Part shown: one piece after another, positions 38,095-48,530 of the stretch
Position numbering within the stretch: position 1 is the first letter of the stretch
Layout of the letters: each line of letters opens with the position of its first letter
Assembly (NCBI GenBank): GCA_024137785.1
Contig: JAHRHZ010000087.1
Coordinates: 19,634,029-19,698,028, forward strand
Source: Ginglymostoma cirratum
Lineage: Eukaryota
DNA: 64,000 nt
Direction of reading: 5' to 3'
Position numbers and translations under genes: made by a program
Notes under the pieces: model-generated
The model's database searches: none
What the model saw: only the letters and a program-made list of their open reading frames with translations
Told to the model about the DNA's origin: nothing

Positions 38095-38400
38095 TGAAAT
38101 AGGAGCAGGACTAGACCATTTGATGTGCCAAGCCTGTCCTCCATTCAACACAGTCATGGCTGATCTTGGCTACAAACTCCACTTTCCTGACCACTCCGAA
38201 AATCCCATGATACTGTAGAGACAAAAAAAATGTTTCACAGCCTTCAATGTATTCAAAGAAGGAGACTCTATAATCTTCTGGGGCACAAAAATTTTACATT
38301 CTCCTCAACTCAGTCCTAAATGATTGGTTCTTTACCTTACAGTGTCCTCCTTGTTTTTAAATTCCCTGACCAGTGGGAACAATCTCTCAGCATTCTCCTG
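38095..38400 (-). mobile_element. CR1-type LINE 3' fragment
   Basis: ataggagcaggactagaccatt...ccattcaacacagtcatggctgatct...ctcctcaactcagtcctaaatg. Confidence 0.8.
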
Positions 38401-38444
38401 TAGCAAAAGTCTTAATGCTAATTTGCAATTCAGAATATTTGCAT

Positions 38445-38480
38445 TTATCCTGATGAGTGCAAGATGAAATGCTTCGGCAA
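38445..38480 (+). ncRNA. Minimal type I hammerhead-ribozyme-like motif, probably degenerate
   Basis: tttatc-CTGATGA(38450-38456)-gtgcaagat-GAAA(38466-38469)-tgct-TC-ggcaa. The core boxes are in the right order and spacing; helices I and II are imperfect. Confidence 0.5.
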
Positions 38481-39522
38481 CATGTCTTTCTTTTCAGCAA
38501 TATTCATTATTCACTAACTAATTTTCGAAAATGGTTGAATACCTCCAATTACAATTTAAATATTTAAATTGAACATTTGTTCATCCCAGACAGCACCGGA
38601 CTTCTTTCGGCTAACAGGCTTTAATTGTGTACACCTCAATAGGTTCCAAAATTTAAAGCAAATGTGGAGCAAATTCATTAAGATACAGATGAAATGATTC
38701 TATCATGAGTCTAGAATGAGGGTGGCACACGTGGAAAGTGAATATCTAAGGCTCGGTCTTATAAATGCTTAGCCCACTGGGGTTCCTTCAATAATACTTC
38801 CAATTGTTTGATACTTGATCTTTTGAATGTGTTACTTTAACATTGGAATTTGATACGGTAAGTATGGTCCCCATAGTTTTACTTGGCTACATCTAGCAAT
38901 AGCAAGTAAAAGAACCTGGAGCAATGCAATTCCTGAGGGCAGCCTCGTGGGTTTCATTTCCGCACCGTGTCTCTCTCTGTCTTTCTTCATAATGAAGATC
39001 ATCCTTTCTATTTCCATAATCTACTTTCATGTTTTTCCCAAAAATATTCTGTATTTTCTTCCCTTTCTTATCCATTTTGCTTTTGTTTTTCATTTTATTC
39101 ATTTTTCCTGCTTTGTTGATACAATTTCTTACTCAGCGACTTTCACTTCTTCTCCAGTGATCTTGATTATGTTTTGTTTTACCTATATTATCCATGAGAT
39201 CTCTCAGTCTTGGCTTTGCTCAACACTGAAAGGAATAAATATTATTGCTGCTATTGTGCTCACACTGCTATTACAGTTCTGGTATGTTCAGATTTTAATC
39301 TTTTCTCTTTATTTTAGTTACGTTAGAAATCAATTTGAGCTACCAAAATCAATAACAGAAGCCTATTAAATGTTGTTCGTTCTGAAGTAAAAATTTCCAG
39401 GCAACTGTCTAGTGAGTGTGCTTTCTTGGTGATTTTACAGACTTGATAACAGTTTGAGACCTACTTCTGATCAGCTGAAAATATTAATAGCTCTACTTTG
39501 AATAAGACTAGCTTTGACTACG

Positions 39523-39697
39523 AAAAAAGCAAAATACTGCTGATGCCAAAACCTGAAATAAAAGCAGAAAATGCTGGAGAAATTCAGCAGGTCTGGCAGC
39601 ATCTGTTCTGAAGAGTGATATCCAACTCGAAAAGTTCATTTAGTTTCTCTCTCCGCAGATGCTACTGAGTTTCTACAGCATTTTCTGTTTTTATTTT
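39523..39697. mobile_element. Fold-back Penelope-type short element with a central hammerhead remnant
   Basis: Arms 39556-39587 and 39665-39696 are 29/32 complementary; between them CTGAAGA-gtgatatccaactc-GAAA-agtt. Confidence 0.8.
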
Positions 39698-39797
39698 AGT
39701 TTTGAAAATAGACAGTTAATAGAATCCTTTTCCAAATGCAACAAAGGGAAATTCCATTGCCATGGTCATTGTTAATATCTGAATTGGGAGGGGGCAA

Positions 39798-40106
39798 GTG
39801 GTAGTGGTATTATGCCTAGTGGTATTATCGCTGGACTGTTAATCCAGAGACCCAGATAATGTTCTGGGGACCCGGGTTCAAATCCAGCCATGGCAGATGG
39901 TGGAATTTGAATTCAATAAAACATCTGGAATTAAGAATCTAATGATGAATCCATTGTCGATTGTCAGGAAAAAACCCATCTGGTTCACTAATGCCCTTAA
40001 GGGAAGGAAACTGCCATCCACTCTGAACTGCCCTCTGGGCAGTTGGGGATGGACAATAAATGCTATCTAGCTAGTGATGCCGTCATCCTGTTAATGAATA
40101 AAGAAA
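39798..40106 (+). mobile_element. tRNA-derived SINE with L2-type tail
   Basis: Head tagtggtattatcgctggactgttaatccagagacc...gggttcaaatcc (A/B boxes); tail gatggacaataaatgct...catcctgttaatgaataaagaaaa is shared with the LINE at 25354. Confidence 0.85.
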
Positions 40107-43100
40107 ATTCACAGCAGGGCGTATGGGGCACTGTGGTTCACATTGCAAATTTTATACATTTAATTGGGGAAATTATTCACATGGAAACTCAAACAAATGC
40201 ACATTAACACAGCTTGTAGGGTACGATATAACTGGCACAAAAACTGGCTCTAGCTTCCCGATAGCTCACCACTCCAGCATCCATTTTCACTGGGCCGAGT
40301 CCAGCTTTTCCTGGCATGGAGCCGATGATTCATTACAATCATAACCTTTGGGAACCTTTAGTACTACAGCATGGAATTCTCTCTTGTAGGCTAGTACAAA
40401 CCATTGTTCCAAACAGAACTAGTGTATAATTAAGATCACACTACACATATGCATGTATTTCTTGAAGTACAAATACTCTATAATAGGAGTCAAATTCAAA
40501 TATTGGCATGCTTCCTTGCTGTTTTTTGATGGGGAAGAAATAAAAGGATTGTATCAGCATTAATATATTCAGCTGTAAAGTTACTTTAACATTGTTTCTT
40601 TTTCTTCACATGACACAAAGGAGCATGCTATGGCTTCATGGAAGTTGCCCGATAACAATAAACAGCGGAGAATGTTAAAACAACTCTCACAGTAGGAGTA
40701 TTAGCCATTTTTCTGCAAAATGTAAGGAAGACTGAGGATATCACGAACAACCAAACAAAGGCACTTCGAGATCAACTCTGTAGGCTAGTGATCACTGACG
40801 CCTTCCGGTTGTCCAATTCTCTTCTAGAGTTTCCAGGCTATAGAAATCTTAATCAACTCTTTGCAAGTGTTAATTACTCTTTTAAATTATATGTTACTTT
40901 GGAAACTGTGCTCATTTATGCATTATCATCTTCCTATGTCATCTGTTCAAATCACCAAGTGAACACCAAATGATTCTCCATGTCCTTTGCAATGGTCAAA
41001 GCATATTACTTTCCAATATACTAACTTCAACAACTTGTATTTTACCATAAGGGTATTTCTTATGATAAGAACATAGGGCAAGATTTTCACTTCCTGGTTA
41101 GGGCAGGAATGGAGGCAGTGGCAATTTGTAAACACTGATGGATTCGTCTGCCTCCAGGATGGATTGAAAATTTCAAAGTGCTTGCAGGGAAGAGGAAATG
41201 GGATACCTCCTCACCACCAGCTCCTTGAATTTCTTCAGGATCTTTTTAAAGGTCCTATTCAAAACTTAACAGAATTTTCAATCATTTTTCTCCATGAATC
41301 TGAGCAGTTCGCTGCATGTTTGTGCATGCCTGTGGACCACTATAGGACAAAATAAAGGTTTTTCGTTAATGCAACGTAAGAGTTCAACTAGTGTTTGACT
41401 GAGCATTATACCTTGGTGTGGTGTCTACTCATGAACAGCTGACTCAGTAAGGCCATAAGAGCCATTGACGTTTCTGCCACGTAACTATGTCGTGGACAGC
41501 ACACAGGAGACCCAGCCTTCTGGAGATGTTAGATGCCTCGAAGTAGGTGATGAGTTTGCTCCCTGCCCAATCACCTCAATCACATTTAAAACAGCATCAC
41601 ACTGGTCAATTCATCTGGGTGAGGTTGCTCATCCCACTTTGAAAATCCAGTTTATGGTTTCTGCTCTTTCCCAGTATATTAAGCTTGGGCTGACTGCCAT
41701 TTTGCAGTTCTGTACATCTTGTGGCCCTCACAACATTGGAGAACACAGACTACAATTCCCAAGAAATGCTTGATTCTATAGAAAGACACAAGGTGAAACC
41801 TGTTAATTTTGGTCATTTTGACTGGACAATAATCTGACTGAAGCAATTCGCGTTTCAGAGGAGCTGCAGACTTCTTGAAATTAAATTGTCACCTGCATGC
41901 TGATTCCACATCCACCTGCTAAGCATATTTGAACTGTGGTAGCTTTGAACTGTTTGTTTAAATTAAACAATTTCTCTTTAAAATCCACTAAATTATTATG
42001 GAAGACAAATGAGTCAAACTAGTGGAAAATGCCACAGGTTGACATGACTGTGCTGAACTGAGACACACATGTGGCCCTGTCAGAAATCACTTTAAAGAAA
42101 ACTGATTAATATGAACATTTGGACGTTGACTACACTCATAATTTCGAAATACATAACTTACTTACTCAACACCTGCAAGACATTTTCAAAAAAAAAGCTT
42201 GTGATGTGCCGAATTCTAATACCAATTCTGCGTAGGGTTTTGAATATGTGGAGTCACCCATGAAATTGATGGATCAGTCTCAACTATTGGTGGTAACAGA
42301 CGTCAAGTTCTTGATGCCCATAAATAGCTATACATAAACTGAACTGAAAGTTTGCATGGGGCAGGTAGTTGAGTTGCGTTGTATGCCAAATGCATGGCAG
42401 CCACACTGTGCAATCTCCAACAGGTAGAAAATCATTCAAATCATATTTCATTATTAGGTGCTTGATGATGCTGTAACCAATTTTTGAAATTCAATAAATA
42501 TATTTAAAAAGGGGTTATGTAGCAAATATACAAATATTGAATTATAAATGTCACTTTCAAAACTCTGTATCCTATCAAAGGAAGCAAAATCTCAATCTCA
42601 TCATTTTTGACTTATTCAGAAGACTCAGATCGCCTTTTCTAGTGACAATGCGGAAAGAGATGATTCTGGGCACTGAGCCTTTATGTTGTTGTAATGGGTC
42701 TGGGTTTGACAGATTTCCTGCAATTTGGAACAAATCAAATGGAGTCATTTTTCTTAGTTTGCTCGATTTCAACAGATGTCAAGAATAAATGTGTCAGTGA
42801 AGGAGTTAAATCATTTGTTACATAAGTTCCCATTTGGCATAATTCCTAGTTAAGTTCTTGTCCCTGCAAATATGCCCAACTGCCAGTGAAAAGAAGAAAT
42901 CAGATAGCAAGAGACATCTCAATGACAATGTGTAGTGAATAAGCTAATGCAGCAGGCTATCGGGTGCTGTTTGATTCTGTCCTCAAGGGGTTAAGTTGAC
43001 CAGCAAGATCACTATCCAGTTGCTTGATTGAGTTTTGTAGTCATTCAGAGTGATTAAATCTGTCAGAGAAGAATCCAAATGATTCTGGTAATGATGTGAG

Positions 43101-45624
43101 GGTGTTTGTCTTTGTCTGTTGTTCCCCCATCTTCCATACACCCTTCACATCTTGTCTTCAGAACTACACGCCATCAGACTCACTTGACAACTAGAATCTA
43201 TCCCTAAAATTAAAACATTCCTGACCTATCTCCGATGACAAGGCAGCCAAGCTTCTCAGCACTCAGGCGCATGAAGAAGCTGACACATTTGTTTTTAATT
43301 TCAAAAGAATATAAAGCAAAGATCTGACCCTGTCAATCAGCCTGGGTGACAAGTTTAATCATTTGTGCCCTACAAAATCTCAGCTAAATAGGAATGCAAA
43401 TATGTATTGTAGGACTCTTATAAATGCTAATCAAGGCAAAGTAATCAACTGACAATTTCACTGATTCCCTTTCAACAGAAGCCAGTCAAGTCACTGTCTC
43501 CAGACCACCACACATAAAAAACACAGTCATAAATTTCTTTCAGCTTTACTGATATGATAAGAAGTAAAATAAACAAAAACTCAGCTTTACAACTAACTCT
43601 CTGTAAAGGGTGTTTTGTTTCTCCATACGTAGTCGGATAACACATAACTAAAATATATGTGAATTGGGAACACAATGTTTTGAATTAGAATCTTTAAAAA
43701 TACAAACAATGCAGTAATATAATGTCAAATCATGGAACATTTCGCTTTTTAAGTCCCAAATCTTCATTCCGTGTGTGTACATACATCTGTACAGGTGTTA
43801 GTTCTACAGTAATTTCAGGTTACTAATGGGATCTTCAAAAGTTGTCAGATGCCATTTTAGCACTTTTCCACTTTAAGATTAAAGTCCTACAATAGTCTCA
43901 TTCAAAATTGATGACCCCTCCTGATTAATGTGATAACTAATAAGACCTTGGCAATCTTTTGTTTTGAATACTATTTGATAAATTATTTCTTTAATAAATA
44001 TGCCCTCTGAGAGTGTTTCAACTTTGTAAAATAGGGATGATGGACAGTATCTTTCTGATTTCTGAATTCCTCATGCTTTATTGTTTAATCATGTCAAACA
44101 ACATTGGAAAAGAAACACTGAATTTCAATATCCTTAAATATTGTGGCTTTATTCCCCCCTACATCACACTCAGAAATCAAGTTTGATCCCTTCTGAGTGC
44201 ACTGTACATGGAGGCACATCCTATGCGTTAAAACACAATCCTGTATACACTCCCACAGAGAAGCACCAAGAGCATAAGAGGCCAGAAAAGACATTTCTGC
44301 ATTCTGCTTTCATTGTTAGTCAGGAGAAAATGGTGTAATGGCCCTTCATTTTACACCCCAAACAGTTTGCTTTGGCTTTTTGTATGTGTGTTACTTTCAG
44401 ACTAATGCAGGACCATATCTCATTTAAAAAAACACAGAGCGAGAAGTATTGTTTAAAATTGGCACCACTAAGCTGTACAGCAGTATGCATTCATGATCTG
44501 CTTTTATGCCGCACAGTGACCAATTATTCTCCAACTTTCTCATCACATTATGGAATATTCAGTGTATTTTGTTAACAATTCATCCATTTAGTACTGTAGT
44601 ATGACAGAAAATAGTCATTTCTCTGACATAAGAAACCTTTTGTTTCTTAACTGTACTCCTGGTCCATAATCACAACACATATGGAACATCATTATTTGTC
44701 CTCAGCGATCTGGCTCATGAATCATTCTCGGACACTGACAACAGCAGTCCATTCCTCCTCATTTTTTTAATGATCAATTATTAAGTAATTTACCAATTAT
44801 TATATATAATGCTGAAAAAGATCGAACCTTTCATTTTCTTTCTCATTCATGTACGTCTAACTTGAATAGTTTATTTTGCTCAATCTTCTGATATTGACAA
44901 ATAGTAGTTATGTGTCCTTTGACTGTAGCTAGCTGATTTCACCTTCATATAGTTTGAAGAATTATGTATAGCACCTTGCTGAATCCTATGAAATTATACC
45001 TGAAGTTCGTATTTGCTTGCAAAACAGAGCTGGCAATACTTTTGAAATTCAAAGAATCATACATGTAATTTTGCTCTCCTGAACTCCCTATAGGAAGACC
45101 TACTCTCAAGGAGGATGCTATGAAGAAACAAAGCTACAATTTGCAGCCCTTTCACCAATCAACAATCTGTGTAAGCACAATTCACTGGTGAGAATTTGGG
45201 GCTGCAGAACTATCCTACATATGCAATTCAAGTGTCTGTCATACAATTTAACTGCTGACTTTATCAAGAAAAACATTTCCCTGATTGCTGAAATTAATCC
45301 ACATGCACTTCAACCCCACTGGAGAAGAAAAGTCCCCAGTTTCACATTGTGTTCATGTTGAAATAATCTTAGTTCCTGAACAATAGGTGTACTATAATTT
45401 TCAGACAGTCCTTGAGTTGTTGAGTGCAAAGGCAGCTAAATTGCTGGCTTCTGATGACTTGTGGATGGATATTGGTTTGATCTTCGTTCTGATGCTGCTA
45501 CAGTTGAAAATTCCTCCAAAATTCAAGATTTGCACATGAACAACAGCCACGTGTCTAAAGCAATGGATGTCACCTGATTATCTCAGAACTAAACCCCAGC
45601 AATGAATTGGCATTTTTAGTGGAA

Positions 45625-46005
45625 AAAGAATATAGCACATTAGGACATCCCAAAGAGCCTTCAACTAATGAAGCTAATGCAATGTAGGTTTTGTTGTTAA
45701 GTTGGACATGAGACAGCACAGAGCAAGCTCTTCCAACAGCAATGCAGCAATGATTGGTTAACCTTTTTTCGTTAATGTTGATGATGGATAAACATTGGCC
45801 AGGACAACGAGAATAACTCTCCCGCTCATTTTCAGAACATTGCCATGGTTTGTTAGTTTAGCGTCTTATCTGAAAAACGGTAACTTCAGTAATGCAGCAC
45901 TCTCTGAGTAATGCCCTGGAGTGTCAACCTTGATTTTGTCCTAAAGTGATGCTTGAAACATAGCTGAATGAATGAGGGAGAAATGCTACTAAATAAGCCA
46001 CAGCT
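45625..46005 (-). mobile_element. Deu-domain SINE (SacSINE1/AmnSINE-like)
   Basis: ggacatcccaaagagcctt...gcaagctcttccaacagcaatg...ggataaacattggccaggacaacgagaataactctcccgctc...tgccatgg...tgcagcactctctgagtaatgccctggagtgtcaacc. Confidence 0.8.
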
Positions 46006-46084
46006 TATCCTAAGATGAGAAAACAGTGGTGAAGGAAGAAATTAGAGCTGAATTGCCAAAATATACAGACATTGATACAAAGCT

Positions 46085-46250
46085 AGAGCCAGTTCACCTA
46101 TATGAACTCTCTCCTGAATGGCATTGTGGGAGTATATACACCAGATGGATTGCAGCAGTTCAAGAAGGCAGCTGATCACCACATTCTCAAAGGTAATTAG
46201 GAATGGGCAATAAATGCTGATCCAGCCACAGAAGCCCACTTTTTTTAAAA
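46085..46250 (+). mobile_element. L2/CR1-group LINE 3' tail fragment
   Basis: gaactctctcctgaatggcattgtggg...gcagcagttcaagaaggcagctgatcaccac...gggcaataaatgctg. Confidence 0.75.
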
Positions 46251-46350
46251 AAACTGAAATATAAAAATCTACGGCTGTGAAATTTCATAAAGCCCACAAG
46301 TAGGTACGGTGATCATGATACCTGATTAACAAGTACCTATTGCTTCTACC

Positions 46351-46436
46351 AAAGCAAAATGCTTCAGATGGTGGAAATCTGAAATGAAGAAAGAAAGTGC
46401 TGTAACTACTCAGCAGGTCAAGCCTTTCATCAGAAA
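46351..46436 (-). mobile_element. Penelope-type short repeat fragment
   Basis: Reverse complement tttctgatgaaagg[deletion]gacctgctgagtagttacagcactttc...tttcagatttccaccatctgaagcattttgcttt. Confidence 0.65.
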
Positions 46437-46973
46437 TAATGAAATGTCAGCAACAGGAAACACTGGGTTCAATTTTATGGGTTGTTAGCCAGTGGGAAAA
46501 CATGGGGATGGACATGCAAGTTAAGGTGCCATGCTGTCAACGACATGCCTACCACCAGCCTGCCCAACCCCATTGTGCTTTTCCAAGTTGTAGGAAGGGG
46601 CAAATGGTTAATTGCACCTATGGCCCAATTGAGGGTGATATGATTAAAGGCTTCACGCCACCACCACTCCAATGTAACAGATGGCAGAAGAAACACGTGC
46701 CTAGTTTGTGGGCTTGCAGCTGCTAGTTAGTTGAAGGAGTGTGGGAAAGGCCCCTCCTTTCTGGGACTCATCAGTTTTGCTTTGCTATGTTCTCCCTATC
46801 TCTCCTCCCCCATATAACGTGCCCCTCACCCCAGGGTTGCCAACCTAGTCCATGTGATCTCAGATTTACCTGGATTTGGAGGCATTCATATCTCTTTTGC
46901 TCGGGACTCCTGCCATAATTGTGGTAGCTGGTATTTTATTAATGAGAAATAACTTTACTGGTTTTTCTGGAGG

Positions 46974-47301
46974 ATCATAGATTTGCTGTAGCATGGAAGC
47001 AGGGCATTCAGTACACAAGAACCCTTGAAGAGCATCTCACCAAGATCCACACCCCTATGCTATCCCTGTAACCCTGCATTTTGCATGTCAAATCCACCTA
47101 GCCCCGACATCCGTGGACACTACGGACAATTTAGCATGTCCAATTCACCTAACTTGCACATCTTTGGACTGTAGGAGGAAACCAGAGCATGTGGAGGAAA
47201 CCCATGCAGATACAGGGGGAATATGCAAACTCCACACAGACAGTCGCCTGAGGGTGGAATTGAACCTGGGTCCCTTGTGCTGTGAGGCAGCAGTGCCGCC
47301 C
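46974..47301 (-). mobile_element. HE1-type V-SINE (A-box region deleted)
   Basis: cctaacttgcacatctttggactgtaggaggaaaccagagcatgtggaggaaacccatgcaga...tgtgaggcagcagtgccgccc. Confidence 0.9.
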
Positions 47302-47574
47302 TTGGAGGGCATGATAACATTTCCCTCCTCCACAATAAGATATAACTAATCTTGTTCTAAATGTGCCCAACCAGAGAGAAAGAGTTCAGCATTTGATCCT
47401 TGTGCGGCACAGAACTGCTGGCACCCAAATGCAGACTTCCTCTAATCCTACCTCTCACTGATTAAAAAGCTGCCAGATAAAAAAAAAAATTAAAGCAGGA
47501 GGAGCCAGCCTAGCAGAAAAGGGCTTATTCGAACATTTGTGGTAGGGTGCGGGGAGCCTCCTCTTCAAATATGT

Positions 47575-48310
47575 TCCAGCCAATTTACTGTTTCTCATTT
47601 GAGGCAGCATTGCAGGCCTTGGTACACATGGTGGACAAGAAGTGAGTAGTCCTCCATTCACCAGCAAGTTCTTCAGAAAGTGAAGGCAGTGGTAGCAAAT
47701 AGGTGGCAGGAACTTAATTCCCAGGATGTGGGTGCAGTGTAACAGCCTTGTACAAATGGTTGAAGGCCAGCGAATGCACCAACAAATGCAGTATCCTTAC
47801 AAATGACTAACAACTAACCTTAGACACTGCCCAATGCACCAGTTGTCTTCACTCACCAACAATATCTATCAAACATGAGCTAGGTCTCACATTCACAACT
47901 TCCCCTTAACGTCGCAAATTTTGCACTGTAGAAAACCACAGAATGACCTGTCTTAGGCAGCACACGCTGCCAGCTATTTAACTATGAGTGGTACAGGACC
48001 CAAACACAGAACATCACACTCTCTGTCATAAATCTCTCTTTGCAATATAAATGTAGGCAACAGGATTCTGAAGAAGGGGCCAGGCCCGAAACGTCAAGCT
48101 TTCCTGCTCCTATGATGCTGCTTGGCCTGCTGTGTTCATTCAGCTCCACACCTTGTTATCTCGGATTCTCCAGCATCTGCAGTACCTATTATCTCAGGAT
48201 TCAACCAACAGGTGGCAATCATGGCTGCAAATCCTCACTCACATAGGAGAGGCAATGCTCAACATTCAGCAGCCATAACTATGGTCAATGGGGACTTGAC
48301 AGCATTGTAG
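47575..48310 (+). mobile_element. PIF/Harbinger Myb/SANT-like ORF relic, interrupted by a Penelope-type repeat
   Basis: CFSFEAALQALVHMVDKK*VVL...RQW*QIGGRNLIPRMWVQC resembles RFSDAALEALV.EVE.RR.VL / QWEQIA...PRTWMQC. It is followed by intron-like sequence with a pyrimidine tract near 48030. Confidence 0.6.
48066..48195 (+). mobile_element. Penelope-type short repeat with an intact minimal hammerhead core, young insertion
   Basis: CTGAAGA(48068-48074)-aggggccaggccc-GAAA(48088-48091)-cgtc...cagcatctgcagtacctattatct; caggattc occurs at both 48061-48068 and 48195-48202. Confidence 0.85.
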
Positions 48311-48339
48311 ATGATTGTATGCTCACAGCTAATAGTTGT

Positions 48340-48530
48340 CACATCCCATTACCCTTCAGACCAGGCACCATTCTGGTAAACCTTCTCTGCACCCTCTCCA
48401 ACGCATCCATGTCCTTCTGGCAGAGTGGCGACCAGAACTGCATGCAATATTCCAAATGTGGCCTAACTATAGTTTAATACAGCTATAACACACATTGCCA
48501 ACTTTCAAATTTGATGCCCTGGCCAATGAA
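48340..48530 (-). mobile_element. CR1-type LINE fragment
   Basis: Reverse complement reads [38 protein letters not shown]. Confidence 0.85.

Noticed and set aside
38947-39369. 140-aa hydrophobic ORF resembling a membrane protein
   Set aside because: The F/I/L bias is explained by T-rich low-complexity DNA; there is no family motif.
40660-40973. About 100-codon open frame (TAENVKTTLTVGVLAIF...)
   Set aside because: No credible start or acceptor site and no recognisable domain.
41400-41770. Possible RTE/L2 fragment on the minus strand (KLITYFEAS resembling FTYLGS)
   Set aside because: The similarity is too weak to call.
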